In this document: piece after piece, positions 10,901 through 18,916 of the stretch
Numbering within the stretch: position 1 is the first letter of the stretch
How the letters are laid out: each line of letters opens with the position of its first letter
Source: a virus
Taxonomy: Duplodnaviria > Caudoviricetes
Strand: one strand, 5' to 3'
Length of the DNA: 57,398 nucleotides
IMG/VR virus record: IMGVR_UViG_3300029258_001547
Coordinates: 1-57,398 of that record
Position numbers and translations under genes: made by a program
The notes under the pieces: generated by a model
Told to the model about the DNA's origin: nothing
Databases searched by the model: none
What the model saw: only the letters and a program-made list of their open reading frames with translations

Positions 10901-12543
10901 AGCGCGGCGAAATCTGGGGCAAGAAGCCCGAGATGATTACCTCCCCCGAGGTGGACCTCGCCCGGGCGAGAATCGCAAGGCTTCGCGCGCTGCGCGAGGT
11001 GATGCAGGACAAGGACGACCCGAACCGCGCGTGGCGCGCCGACCTTACCCGCCGGCTGGTCAAGCTGCGGGAGCGCCGGGCAACGGGCGACTACGCCCGG
11101 GCCATCAAGAAGGATCGCGTGCTCTCCCAGGAGGAGAAGGACTTGCGTTGGGAGTACGCGCAGGAGTTCGCGAAGTTCAAGGCGGAACAGGAGGAGTGGG
11201 AACGCGCCCGCCGCACGACGTTCGAGAAGGTCATCGGCGTGGTCCCCGACGCGCTCAACGCCTCGCGGTCGCAGATTACCTCGTTCGACTTATCCGGCCT
11301 GCTGCGGCAGGGGGGAGCGATCGCCTTCATCGACCCGAAGATCGCTTGGGACGCCGCGAAGCCGATGTGGGCGGCGTTCAAGTCCGAGAAGGCCGAGCAC
11401 GACATTGCGGAGGAGCAACGCGCTCGCGGGATCACCGAGTTCGCCGAGCGGTGCGGGCTGGCGATCACCGTCACCGAGGGGGCCTTGCGGCGGCAGGAGG
11501 AGTCGTACATGGGGCGGTGGATGAAGCAGGTGCCCAAGTGGGCCGAGGCGACGCCGGGCAAGGAGTTCTCCTCGCCGGGCCGGGCGCTGGGCGCTCCGTT
11601 TCGGCTTGCGGCCCGCCTGGACGTGAAGGGCGTAGCGGCGAGCGAGCGGGCCTATGTTACCGTGCTGAACGAGATGCGGTTGAAGAAGTTCGAAGCGATG
11701 GTCGATGCGCTGGGCGGCCCGAACGGGGTGACGGACGCCGAGGGGAAGGTCATCGCGAACTTCGTCAACGTCTTCACGGGTCGCGGGCCGCTGGACACCC
11801 CCTTCGGGAGCCTGGAGGCGGCGGCCGTCCCGCTGGCGACGATCTTCTTCTCGCCCCGGTACGTCATGTCCCGGCTGCAAATGCTTAGCACGCAACCTTT
11901 CTGGACGACCCGAGTTGGGTGGAAGGCGGGGTGGCGGGCCCGTAAGCAGGTCGCCTGGGAGTACGCCAAGCTGCTGCGCGGCTTGACGATGTTCTATGGG
12001 TCGATTGCATTGGCGGCGGCTGCGTTCTACGACGACGACGACCCGGACAAGCCCCGGATGGAGTTCGACCCGCGCAGCGGGGCGTTCTTGAAGGTCCGAT
12101 TCGGCAACACGACGCTGGACCCCGCTATGGGGTTAGCTCAGGTCGGCACGCTGCTGGGGCGGCTGACGACGGGGCAGACGAAGCGGATCAGCGGGGAGGT
12201 TGTCGATATTCGCGGCGAGGACGTGCCCTACGGCGGCATGACGGCCCGCAGTGCGTTGCATGAGTTCGCGGACAGGAAGCTCTCACCGGCCTTCTCGACG
12301 GCCCTGGCGCTTGTGAGCGGCGAGACGGCGATGCACAAGCCACTGACGCCCGTGACCCTGGTAAGCGAGAACACGGTCCCCCTGGCCGTCCGGGACGTGT
12401 ATCAGGTGTTGCAGGATCAGGGGATGTCGAAAGGGGCGGCCCTGTCGATCCTGGCGATCTTCGGCATGGGCGTAAATGTCTGGGAACCCAGGAAGAAAAA
12501 GAAGACGGCGAAAAAGAAGAAGGTCAAGCTCTACTCCCGTTGA
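4990..12543 (+). CDS. Giant (~2517 aa) protein, putative DNA-ejection / large polyvalent-type internal virion protein
   Basis: GGAGG SD and ATGA overlap at 4990. Gly/Ala hydrophobic segments near the N-terminus, Pro-rich linkers, helical C-terminus with hydrophobic stretches. Last gene of the virion operon. Confidence 0.75.
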   Translation: MSVGLENRPEVPPGYTPRKSPKAPTPQLLTMPEVPPGYAPKKRLTGAASAELPRPPQSGPGRAEASAKPTGESRARANFRATLPEDLDLEKVNRGVEAGEIPVGLRFVGEDGNAYEVFASPKTVEEAKGAWKYQMPYMPIPVSAPEGAPKALKALFPKRKAIPGLQDILTGGYISDEWRKAQEHLQEVERNNGYVRRMTEEAEEIAGEEQAYLRQARERLDESATPNLETTAMGLGGTVVSLAQRLTLQNEEADDTLRVANAFRQAAAERDAQGRVPAFLKRGMRGVGESLPPMLLGGGLGGAYGAIIPAVGIELNSAIQEGKDAGLDGLDLANYVVGEGVIEAAPAILFQKMGLGGVEKLFGGQAGAEVAEFSIKSALKQAGVTALEELPEELITEIGHNLQKKMAGVDPNAMSRESLAQTVLDTTTQTLMTVGVMEAPRVTLSAMHSPEVADEMLEKYLAGESPSRKDSARWGAPAEARTSQGTRSAWLEGEVTKAVAMGVEPPPVQQPAAVAPPEPPPVQVTQIEGAGTDAQQEQEAAQVHAGGSARMEAEVRQGTEPGGREGVRPGGQASRPVSEAAKEEAVRRPYEFMAIGETGYRVGGVYEAESREDMIAELLSWGYTPTKIRNPGALLWKRVSESELNAAGSAVEAKMQAREAELLEEERRRKKEEAAEVAVIEEEAPAEPKAQPAVTEEQKKKGETVAQIAARNAVEKGQNISESLRIAGISIKTDPEEYRRVRARAAELADEMRAEKQAAKPDLEALAEQAARGEIDRNEVPEGVYPPRWNAMVKQKERQQAEAAPPAASELLQAYQRAEQLRAKAEEAESDSEADRLIDEAVLEEESYAKGLCTRTQKPVASLLAKHVPSKGMKGFAEENAEKHAAFVLRDVFSIMPGGANFYMLAEHGTRAIADRDATVEKLAKSLYHSWAREQGLAADSLLGPASGLTDKGKREVVESFGDLANDIYDAVTGEIQAIHGARKLAPPVEAAAQPAPVPTTQPPPVKTPPPVPEPPKPAPPVEEPEGVWQGKNDLQWAAPALAEAASKLGIKTRGKAKRRIIAEAREVEANIREYADWQGVKEPQLRNALDEVFPSMREAAEEVRRVQDLTVEATGLSFRDIAWVANNNMDYESGPKLKRSTRKKEREIGRQLTGETSSFAAVVGDVIQHEAPGVLEGRDDIERTQALWDLMQRGPIEVPRMDSNDVLEAAKEYAKNTFKAEEFYKPERLAKEEITEEAIEEANAKLQDVEDIPVEDVMAIEAEEIERQLAAEPTYEPRAPRLRSKLPRAKAAAARQEAIDSLKEDLGGAIANLNSILAKAGRGETPTVGGLNKEILDGLVQVVKGAAIASAKTGKAAYLTFAEFMASLPPHVQAYEKELADVWEKIRTTTRGHRLAPHPDAVTPKPGKKPPIKKKGEPKPEVTPEDDLAGTKHAVSDLIREKYGMRPRRESERQFVDDWLDEAEGILRRDKDAGRALVDELTARTRTIENVENMTLLLHQRQLLNQLNEVLAERRKEPAGSTTYAALDARARDISTELTRILDVADAGGTAWGRAGVARQQLMLADHSLVHLKAMAEKSKGGSLTPDELDMIAKTAETLEGLRKRVEAVEVKYAIDAAMKAAAPRRESGTRRATPDERVDAAKARVRDALAKYREVGFAYDPAGRASKHLELQAALAELAKAYVAKGVYSLAGFTSSVKEEFGEDAPDDLDFYREAWGEAKGERPDSKRSIDKSKPHTITRRAREILRGVVASMGIADPSGVTEALREEAVARVHEDMSDLMGDDWTETQTRHALAGVGLFRELPKDLVSVQTRDVVGQLQKLTQLDELRADRSAPKFGSENRTPSDLERDIQKEVNEEKKAYEKRMKAAGRFTDPDPAKSLKTALGAAKTRIRNQIRDMNKEIADKKRIVKKRTELVPDPELENLIEQRDALKKEWDKTFKLPLTDEQKAERLVRTLNNLADRMEEKLKRGEIWGKKPEMITSPEVDLARARIARLRALREVMQDKDDPNRAWRADLTRRLVKLRERRATGDYARAIKKDRVLSQEEKDLRWEYAQEFAKFKAEQEEWERARRTTFEKVIGVVPDALNASRSQITSFDLSGLLRQGGAIAFIDPKIAWDAAKPMWAAFKSEKAEHDIAEEQRARGITEFAERCGLAITVTEGALRRQEESYMGRWMKQVPKWAEATPGKEFSSPGRALGAPFRLAARLDVKGVAASERAYVTVLNEMRLKKFEAMVDALGGPNGVTDAEGKVIANFVNVFTGRGPLDTPFGSLEAAAVPLATIFFSPRYVMSRLQMLSTQPFWTTRVGWKAGWRARKQVAWEYAKLLRGLTMFYGSIALAAAAFYDDDDPDKPRMEFDPRSGAFLKVRFGNTTLDPAMGLAQVGTLLGRLTTGQTKRISGEVVDIRGEDVPYGGMTARSALHEFADRKLSPAFSTALALVSGETAMHKPLTPVTLVSENTVPLAVRDVYQVLQDQGMSKGAALSILAIFGMGVNVWEPRKKKKTAKKKKVKLYSR
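6587..6748 (+). CDS. Nested +1-frame small basic protein, 53 aa (MPSKSKKQHKYMQAVAHGWKPKYGKGPSPAVAREFVQADKRAGRYQKRRKKKR)
   Basis: AAGGAG at 6572-6577, 9 nt before the ATG. G/C-ending codons in this frame while the host frame becomes A-ending. Confidence 0.7.
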   Translation: MPSKSKKQHKYMQAVAHGWKPKYGKGPSPAVAREFVQADKRAGRYQKRRKKKR

Positions 12544-12570
12544 CAGGGTTACAAGAAGTTGTTACTCTTG
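12540..12570 (+). promoter_or_regulatory. Sigma70-type promoter with embedded operator
   Basis: TTGACA-17-TACTCT. Nearly identical to the element at 15720-15750. Confidence 0.75.
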
Positions 12571-12615
12571 TTGCTGGAGACTTTCTTTTTCACAACCTTT
12601 CCTGGGAGACGTCAG

Positions 12616-12975
12616 ATGGCGAACTGGATCAAGATTGCTGTTGCGCTGCTGCCCTTACTGCGGAAGCTCGCCGAGTTTCCCGTGATGCCCCTGCCGATCT
12701 GGGACGACGCCGGGCAGAGCGGCCCGTGGCTGCGCAAGAACATGCTCGCCGCCGCCGATTGCAGCGACGAGGTGGCCGAACTGCTGGCAACGGTCATCAA
12801 CAGCGCGAGGCAGGGCGGGATCATGTTCGAGTGTCCCGACTGCGACGACGGCGAGTGCAAGCGGCAGGTCGTCGAGATGCAGGACGCCGGCGTCGTGGAC
12901 GCGCTGCTCGATCCTGACATCATCGTCAAGGCCGTTATGCTGCTGATCGCGATTTTCAGCAAGCTGCGCGGCTAA
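12616..12975 (+). CDS. Small membrane-associated protein (holin-like candidate)
   Basis: GGAG SD, hydrophobic N- and C-terminal segments. Confidence 0.6.
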   Translation: MANWIKIAVALLPLLRKLAEFPVMPLPIWDDAGQSGPWLRKNMLAAADCSDEVAELLATVINSARQGGIMFECPDCDDGECKRQVVEMQDAGVVDALLDPDIIVKAVMLLIAIFSKLRG

Positions 12976-12988
12976 GAGGCATGACGCT

Positions 12989-13180
12989 ATGAGCGATGAT
13001 CGGGTCCTTCGGCTCAAGCTCTGCGGTGTACGCGATGCCCGCCTGCACCGGCAGGCCCCGGACTCGGGCGAGTGGCTGTTGGACCTATCGCCAACCGACG
13101 ATCTTTCGCAGATTGAACTGAGCGGCAACGAGATATTCGACCTACGCGCGATGGCCGAGGCGGTGGAGAACATGACATGA
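12989..13180 (+). CDS. Hypothetical protein
   Basis: GAGG SD, ATGA overlap with the next gene. Confidence 0.6.
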   Translation: MSDDRVLRLKLCGVRDARLHRQAPDSGEWLLDLSPTDDLSQIELSGNEIFDLRAMAEAVENMT

Positions 13181-13917
13181 GCAGTTACTCGCTGATCGTA
13201 GCGGCCACCCTGCTGTTTGGCGGGATCGACCTCGCCGACCCGCCGGCCCAAGTCGCCTCGGGCGACGACGTGCAGCTTACGATTTCAGGCGTAACGACCG
13301 ATCAGCTTGGGACGGGGCGGCTCGTCTACTGGCCCCAAGACGGGGCGATGTGCCGCACGATGATCGACGGTATCTCAGGCGAGGTCTTCCTCTGGTTCCG
13401 CACGAAGAAGCCGGGCAAGTACCTCGTTTGGGTGGGCGTACCCGGGGGGACGGGGATCAACGCCGATCAGGCGATCATCAACGTCGTTGGGGAGACCCCA
13501 GAACCAAACCCTCCCAATCCCGGCCCCGAGCCGGGACCCGACCCCGACCCACAACCCCAGCCGTCCGTCACCCTGTCCGAGTGGGTAACGCAGTCGTACC
13601 AGAACGCCGTACCGGCTGGCCGGCTGCGGGCTGGGAAAACGGAAGCGGCGCACGCCTGGGCCCGTGGTATCCGCCTGCTGCTGGAAGCTGTCCAGGCGGG
13701 TTCTGTCCAAACCCTCGCTGACTTTCGCAGCGCCAACAAAGCCTTCGCGTGGGCGCAACTGCACCGCGACGACGCGCTAGCGCTGGATGAACTGTTCGAC
13801 GACCCGTACCTGACGCCGCACCTAATTGAACTCAAGGCGCAGGGATACCTAGACACGCTCCCGGAGTACGCGAAAATCTGGAGCGAAGTCGCAACCGGCC
13901 TGGAGGCGGTGAAATGA
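13177..13917 (+). CDS. Secreted protein with a Pro-rich (PEPNP/PDP) linker
   Basis: Hydrophobic N-terminus, beta-rich domain, Pro linker, helical domain. Confidence 0.7.
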   Translation: MSSYSLIVAATLLFGGIDLADPPAQVASGDDVQLTISGVTTDQLGTGRLVYWPQDGAMCRTMIDGISGEVFLWFRTKKPGKYLVWVGVPGGTGINADQAIINVVGETPEPNPPNPGPEPGPDPDPQPQPSVTLSEWVTQSYQNAVPAGRLRAGKTEAAHAWARGIRLLLEAVQAGSVQTLADFRSANKAFAWAQLHRDDALALDELFDDPYLTPHLIELKAQGYLDTLPEYAKIWSEVATGLEAVK

Positions 13918-14231
13918 GAGAGAAAACTTTCTGGACGTGGTTCTGGGCGCTGGCGGGGGCGGCGCTCGCACTGTGGTTTTGCTTCTGCGATGATGCTATG
14001 GGGCAGTATGCCTATACTGGTCGCACCTGTCCCATCTGCGGCAGACCGCAAGTTGCGTACACTGGTGCGCCAAGCGGAGTCACCTACTCCGCTCCGTCTT
14101 ACTTCTCGGCCGCCCCCTACTACGGCGTGCCGAGGGCTTACTACCTTGCTCCGCAAGGCTACTATTACGCTCCGCCGGCTCCGCTGTATCGCACGGGGCC
14201 TCTGGGAGTCCTTCGCTGGAGAGTCCGTTAA
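13914..14231 (+). CDS. Membrane/secreted Tyr-Pro-Gly-rich small protein
   Basis: N-terminal TM or signal, CPICG, YAP-rich tail. Coupled by ATGA. Confidence 0.65.
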   Translation: MREKTFWTWFWALAGAALALWFCFCDDAMGQYAYTGRTCPICGRPQVAYTGAPSGVTYSAPSYFSAAPYYGVPRAYYLAPQGYYYAPPAPLYRTGPLGVLRWRVR

Positions 14232-14371
14232 TGCGCGCGTGGCTGCGGTGGTTTCACGACCGGCTTGCGATCCCGCTGCTGATAGCCGCGCTCCTGTTGA
14301 GGATGCTGCTTTCGGCGGTCTTCGCCGCCGGGAGGATCACCCGGCTATTTAGGAAGGGGAAAGATCAATGA
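14231..14371 (+). CDS. 46-aa hydrophobic peptide (MRAWLRWFHDRLAIPLLIAALLLRMLLSAVFAAGRITRLFRKGKDQ)
   Basis: Not in the ORF track. TAATG and ATGA overlaps on both sides, one TM segment. Confidence 0.65.
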   Translation: MRAWLRWFHDRLAIPLLIAALLLRMLLSAVFAAGRITRLFRKGKDQ

Positions 14372-15315
14372 GCACGGGACTCGCGTTCGGTCACAACCCG
14401 CCTTGGTCCCTGATGGGGTGGCGGGGCATCGACGAGGAGCGCCGCGACCGAGACGCGCTCTACGGGGACGGCCTGCTGGCGAACTTCTCCGACCTCTCAT
14501 TGGAGGACGAGGACAAGCTCAAAGAGAAATACATCCCTATCTGGGACTTGCAGCGGGAGTTGTTCGGCGGCAAGCTGATTCCCACGCACCGGCAGGAGAC
14601 CGGCGACTGCGTGGCCGAGGGAGCGACGGGGACGTGCCAGGAGCTTACCGTATGGCAGATCACCCAGGAGCACAAGGAGCAGCGATACCGTCCGATTTTC
14701 AGCCCGTACTACTACGCGACCGGCCGCAATCAGATTCTCGGGGGCATGTCGGGCGCGGGCTCGACGGGCGCCGCGATGGCGAAGGCGATCAACAAGTACG
14801 GGACGCTGTTCAGCGACGACGAGGGCGTGCCGAAGTACAGCGGCGCGCTGGCCGACAAGTGGGGGCACCGCCGCAACGCGGGACCGATCGAGCAGGCGGA
14901 GTACGCGGAGTTTGCGAAGATCGCCCACGACAACCCGGCGAACTTCGTGCGGCTCACGACGGTCGAGGAAATCGCCCGTGCGATCCTCTCGGGCATCTTC
15001 CCGACGATCGCGTCGTCGCGGGGCTTCAAGATGAAGTGCCGCGAGGAGAAGGGCTTTCACTGTTTCGTGCCATCCGGGACCTGGATGCACCAAATGCGGT
15101 TCAGCGCCGTCATGTACGACCCCTTCTTCGCGTTCTACCGCATGAACACCTGGGGGCCTGACGCGCACGGCCCGCCGCTGAACGGCGAGCTTCCCGGCGG
15201 CGGGTGGAATCACGCGGAGGACGTGGAGAAGGAACTCAAGGGCCGGGACGTGGAAGTCTACGGCTTTTATTTACTGAAAGCAGAACCCGGAGAAGCCGAC
15301 GAGGGTGGACTGTGA
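14368..15315 (+). CDS. Papain-like (C1/CA clan) cysteine peptidase
   Basis: Q-ETGD-C, WMHQM and MNTWG match the Gln/Cys, His and Asn catalytic motifs. Confidence 0.8.
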   Translation: MSTGLAFGHNPPWSLMGWRGIDEERRDRDALYGDGLLANFSDLSLEDEDKLKEKYIPIWDLQRELFGGKLIPTHRQETGDCVAEGATGTCQELTVWQITQEHKEQRYRPIFSPYYYATGRNQILGGMSGAGSTGAAMAKAINKYGTLFSDDEGVPKYSGALADKWGHRRNAGPIEQAEYAEFAKIAHDNPANFVRLTTVEEIARAILSGIFPTIASSRGFKMKCREEKGFHCFVPSGTWMHQMRFSAVMYDPFFAFYRMNTWGPDAHGPPLNGELPGGGWNHAEDVEKELKGRDVEVYGFYLLKAEPGEADEGGL

Positions 15316-15689
15316 CGCTCGATAAGACGCCGCCGAAAACCGACAAGCGATACCAGGGGCGCAAGGGTCCGCTCAAGCGGAAGCCTCGCCCCGAGTGGAT
15401 GCGCGTGTTCGCGCGAAATCTGCGCAACACGCGACGCCGGCTCAAGATTTCCCAAGCGGAGTTGGCTGAACGATGCGGCCTGCACCCGCAAGGGATCAGC
15501 AACATCGAGTGCGGCAACCGCCGGGGGATCAACTTTACGACGGCGAAGCGGCTGGCGATCGGCCTTGGTGTAACTCTGGACAGCCTGATGGACGGCAAGA
15601 AACCCAAGCCGCGACCCGGAAAAGCGAGGAAGATTCCCAAGATCGAGCCGAACGAGGAGGAGCTAAACACTTGGCCCGGCACGTTTTAG
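15312..15689 (+). CDS. XRE-family helix-turn-helix regulator
   Basis: NLRNTRRRLKISQAELAERCGLHPQGISNIECG...LAIGLGVTLDSL. GTGA overlap start. Confidence 0.9.
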   Translation: MTLDKTPPKTDKRYQGRKGPLKRKPRPEWMRVFARNLRNTRRRLKISQAELAERCGLHPQGISNIECGNRRGINFTTAKRLAIGLGVTLDSLMDGKKPKPRPGKARKIPKIEPNEEELNTWPGTF

Positions 15690-15719
15690 GTCGATTCGCG
15701 AAAAAACGCGAAATAGGCA

Positions 15720-15750
15720 TTGACCGGGTAATAAGAACTTGTTACTATTG
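15720..15750 (+). promoter_or_regulatory. Sigma70-type promoter of the replication operon with embedded operator
   Basis: TTGACC-17-TACTAT. Confidence 0.8.
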
Positions 15751-15849
15751 CCGGTGACGGATCACTGAGTCACACCACGGACGACGGCCGGCGTCGGGCG
15801 GAGCCTGGGTGAAAAGCGCCGGTCTTCTCTACTTGCAAAGGCGGATTCC

Positions 15850-17202
15850 ATGCCCCGTTGGCGGCATCAAGAGGCGGCGTATCAGTTCGCCAAAGACCGT
15901 GAAGCGACGATGCTCGCGATGTGGATGGGCACCGGCAAGTCGCGGGTCGCGTGCGACCTCTTGAAATACTGGAAAACGCAGCGCGTGCTGGTGCTGTGCC
16001 CGGTGTCCGTAATGGCGGTGTGGCGGCGAGAGTTCTGCAAGTGGGCGCCCCTGGAGTATCTTGTGAAGATTCTCGACAAGGGGACTACGAAGCGGCAAGC
16101 GGAGATCGCCGCGAAAATCTACAACGAGCCCGAGCCGATCGCCGTAGTGCAAAACTACGAGTCGGCGATCATGCCCGCGTTTCGCGATTTCCTCCTGGGC
16201 CGGGCGTGGGACGCGATCGTCCTGGACGAGTCGCACCGCGTCAAGGCGCACAATACCAAGGTGTCCCGGCTGGCGGCGAGCCTCTCGCAGCGCGGCAAGC
16301 GGAGACTCTGCCTCACGGGCACGCCGATGCCGCACAGTCCGCTCGACGTGTTCGGACAGTGCCGGTTCCTGGATTATCGCGTTTTCGGGCGTAATTGGAT
16401 GCCGTTTCTGTACAGCTTCGCCGTGCGGGGGAACCCGATGATTCCCCAGCAGATCACCGGCTACCGCAATCTCGACGTACTACAAGAGCGGTTCGGGCGG
16501 CTGGCCTATCAGGTGGACGCAAGCGTACTGGAACTGCCCGAGGCGCAGCATCACGTTCGCGCGTTCTCGCTGCCGGCGAAGGCGCTGCGGGTCTACAACG
16601 ACCTTGCCAGGGATTTCATCGCCGCGTTGGACGACGGCGAGGTCGTTACCGCTGCGAACGTACTGGTCAAGACGCTGCGGCTGCGGCAAGTCGTCTCCGG
16701 CTTCCTGCAACCCGACGAGTCGGACGCCTTGCAGGAAATCCACGACGGCAAGAAGAAGCTCCTAAAGGACTTGCTGGAAGACCTGATCGGCGAGCCGGTC
16801 GTCGTCTTCTGCGAGTTCTCCCAAGACCTCCGTATCGTGCGAGAGGTGGCCGGGGGTCTTGGGTTGACATACGGCGAGGTGAGCGGGCGGCAGAAAGACC
16901 TTACCGAGCACGCCACGATGCCCGAGGGGATCGACGTGCTGGGCGTGCAGTATCAGGCGGGCGGCGTCGGGGTGGACTTCACCCGCGCCCGCTACTGCGT
17001 GTTTTACAGTCCGACCTACTCGCTGGGCAACTATGATCAGGCTGCGGCGCGGCTGCACCGCCCCGGCCAAGAGAAGTGCGTGCAGTTCTACCATCTAGTC
17101 GCCTCCGGCACGATCGACGAAGCGGTCTACAAAGCCCTGGACGCCAAGCGGGACGTGATTGAAAGCGTGCTCGGCGCGTTGCGGGCGAGGCAGGCGGCGT
17201 AA
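15850..17202 (+). CDS. SNF2-like SF2 helicase
   Basis: MGTGKS Walker A, LDESH, LTGTP, GVGVDF and QAAARLHRPGQ motifs. Confidence 0.92.
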   Translation: MPRWRHQEAAYQFAKDREATMLAMWMGTGKSRVACDLLKYWKTQRVLVLCPVSVMAVWRREFCKWAPLEYLVKILDKGTTKRQAEIAAKIYNEPEPIAVVQNYESAIMPAFRDFLLGRAWDAIVLDESHRVKAHNTKVSRLAASLSQRGKRRLCLTGTPMPHSPLDVFGQCRFLDYRVFGRNWMPFLYSFAVRGNPMIPQQITGYRNLDVLQERFGRLAYQVDASVLELPEAQHHVRAFSLPAKALRVYNDLARDFIAALDDGEVVTAANVLVKTLRLRQVVSGFLQPDESDALQEIHDGKKKLLKDLLEDLIGEPVVVFCEFSQDLRIVREVAGGLGLTYGEVSGRQKDLTEHATMPEGIDVLGVQYQAGGVGVDFTRARYCVFYSPTYSLGNYDQAAARLHRPGQEKCVQFYHLVASGTIDEAVYKALDAKRDVIESVLGALRARQAA

Positions 17203-17219
17203 ATCCAAGAGGAGTACCA

Positions 17220-17420
17220 ATGAACGTCAACACCCGCACCGGCAACGTCACTTTCACCAAGACGGAGCAGAAAGTCATCGGGCAGGCTCGCGACTTGTGC
17301 GAGGTAATGGCCCGGATGCTTCCGACCGCCGACGGCCGCACGAAGGCGATCACGGCGGCCGACACGCTCGAAGCCGTGGTTTTCGTGATGAACCCGCCGC
17401 CCCAAGACCCCGGAGAGTAG
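17220..17420 (+). CDS. Hypothetical protein
   Basis: GAGGAG SD. Confidence 0.65.
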   Translation: MNVNTRTGNVTFTKTEQKVIGQARDLCEVMARMLPTADGRTKAITAADTLEAVVFVMNPPPQDPGE

Positions 17421-17495
17421 CCGTGGGCATCGGACCAATCAGCAGCTACGACTATTGGAAGACGACCCCACCCAAAGAGGAGGAGGACGATCGCG

Positions 17496-17900
17496 ATGGG
17501 TTTGATCGAGATGCAACAACAGTACCTCTCGCTGCGCCGCGATCTCGCGGAGCAGGAGGACTCGTTGAAGAAGGCGAGGAAGAAGGCGAGCGAGCTTGAG
17601 CAGCTTCTCGCGGAGCAGATGAAGGCGCTCGGGCAAACGTCAACCGTACTGGAAGGCAAGCGCCTCACCGTGCGGAGTACGCCGAGGATCGGCAAGAAGG
17701 GCGACGTGCCGATGGAGATTCTCTGCACGACGCTCGCCGGTACGCCGTGGAGCTTTCTTGTGAAAGACTCCGTACACCCGCAATCGCTCCAAGCAACCAT
17801 GAAGGAGGTGGTCGAAGAAAACGGACAACTGCCGCCGGAACTCGAACCCCTGCTGCGATGCTGGGAACAAGTCTCGGTGGCGGTCACGTCTACCCCTTAG
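17496..17900 (+). CDS. Coiled-coil protein of the phage replication/recombination module
   Basis: Strong SD, N-terminal coiled coil, position in the module. Confidence 0.7.
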   Translation: MGLIEMQQQYLSLRRDLAEQEDSLKKARKKASELEQLLAEQMKALGQTSTVLEGKRLTVRSTPRIGKKGDVPMEILCTTLAGTPWSFLVKDSVHPQSLQATMKEVVEENGQLPPELEPLLRCWEQVSVAVTSTP

Positions 17901-17950
17901 CGGTCGGGCCGGGAGTTACCGCCTTTCGACCGGCCTTATCCTTCCAGCGC

Positions 17951-17988
17951 CGGCCCGTCGCTGGCCGCGAAAAAACGGGCCGCTTTTT
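17951..17988 (+). terminator. Intrinsic terminator-like hairpin
   Basis: CGGCCCGT...ACGGGCCG followed by CTTTTT. Confidence 0.5.
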
Positions 17989-18040
17989 GCGTTTCACAGT
18001 TTACGTTTTACAGTTCACGTTTCACGACAGGAGAGTACCG

Positions 18041-18802
18041 ATGGCGAATGAATTGGCGCTTATCGAGCCGGAGCGTTACCCGGCGCTGATCGACGGCAGC
18101 GAAATCCGCGAGGCGATCATCGCGAACACTCGCGGCGAGGGCTTCACCGAAGCCGATCTCACGCGAGTCCCCGTCCCCACGGGCGGCGGCACGACCTGGA
18201 CGATCCCGGGAATCTCGGGCGACGAGACCACCGATGCGATCGTTGGAATCCTGGTGTATTTCCAGCCGCGCGGCGTCCTCTGGCCGACGATGGAACTGGA
18301 GGGCTCGGGGCAGCTTCCGTTGCTGCTGACCAACGACTTGATTACCGCTCGCATGGTGGGAGACTACTACGGCGACATTGACCCGACCACCCTGGAGCCG
18401 TACCGCAACGACGACGGCACCTACGACTGGGCGGGGTTGACCGGCGACGACGGCCCGTTCGGCTGGGGCACCGGCAAGAACGGCGTCGGCAAGCGGGCCA
18501 AGGAGGGGCGGCTAATGATGATTCTCCGCGAGGGTGAAGGATTCCCCCTTGTGGTGAACGCCCCTCCAGGAAGCCTCCGCGCCGTGTCGCCGTTCATCAA
18601 GAAGCTCCCCGTGGCGCATTACCGGGCCGTCGTCAGTCTCGGCCTGGAGCCCGCGACCGCCGTGAAAGGGCAGAAGTACGCCCGCATTACGGCGAAGCTC
18701 GTCGGCACGCTCGACGCCGCGATGGGCAAGCGGGTCGAGGAACTCTACACCACCCCCCTGAGGAAGATGGCGGAGCGCGGCCTGCGCATCGACGCGGACT
18801 GA
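18041..18802 (+). CDS. Putative ssDNA-binding/annealing protein
   Basis: AGGAG SD, position between helicase and primase. Function is inferred. Confidence 0.5.
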   Translation: MANELALIEPERYPALIDGSEIREAIIANTRGEGFTEADLTRVPVPTGGGTTWTIPGISGDETTDAIVGILVYFQPRGVLWPTMELEGSGQLPLLLTNDLITARMVGDYYGDIDPTTLEPYRNDDGTYDWAGLTGDDGPFGWGTGKNGVGKRAKEGRLMMILREGEGFPLVVNAPPGSLRAVSPFIKKLPVAHYRAVVSLGLEPATAVKGQKYARITAKLVGTLDAAMGKRVEELYTTPLRKMAERGLRIDAD

Positions 18803-18851
18803 GGTGGTGGATTTTCTCGCGATCTGCTACCATAGCGGCGCATCGCGATCA

Positions 18852-18898
18852 GCCCGGACCCGCTCGCCTGCAAGCATCAGCGGGTCCGGGCCTCTTTT
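18852..18898 (+). terminator. Terminator-like hairpin upstream of the primase gene
   Basis: 13-bp stem GCCCGGACCCGCT/AGCGGGTCCGGGC followed by CTCTTTT. Confidence 0.65.
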
Positions 18899-18916
18899 CC
18901 AGCCTTGGAGACCGAT

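Noticed and set aside
13153-13180. Partial GCCGAGGCGG match before a gene start
   Set aside because: It is not palindromic and is explained by AEAV codons plus an SD.
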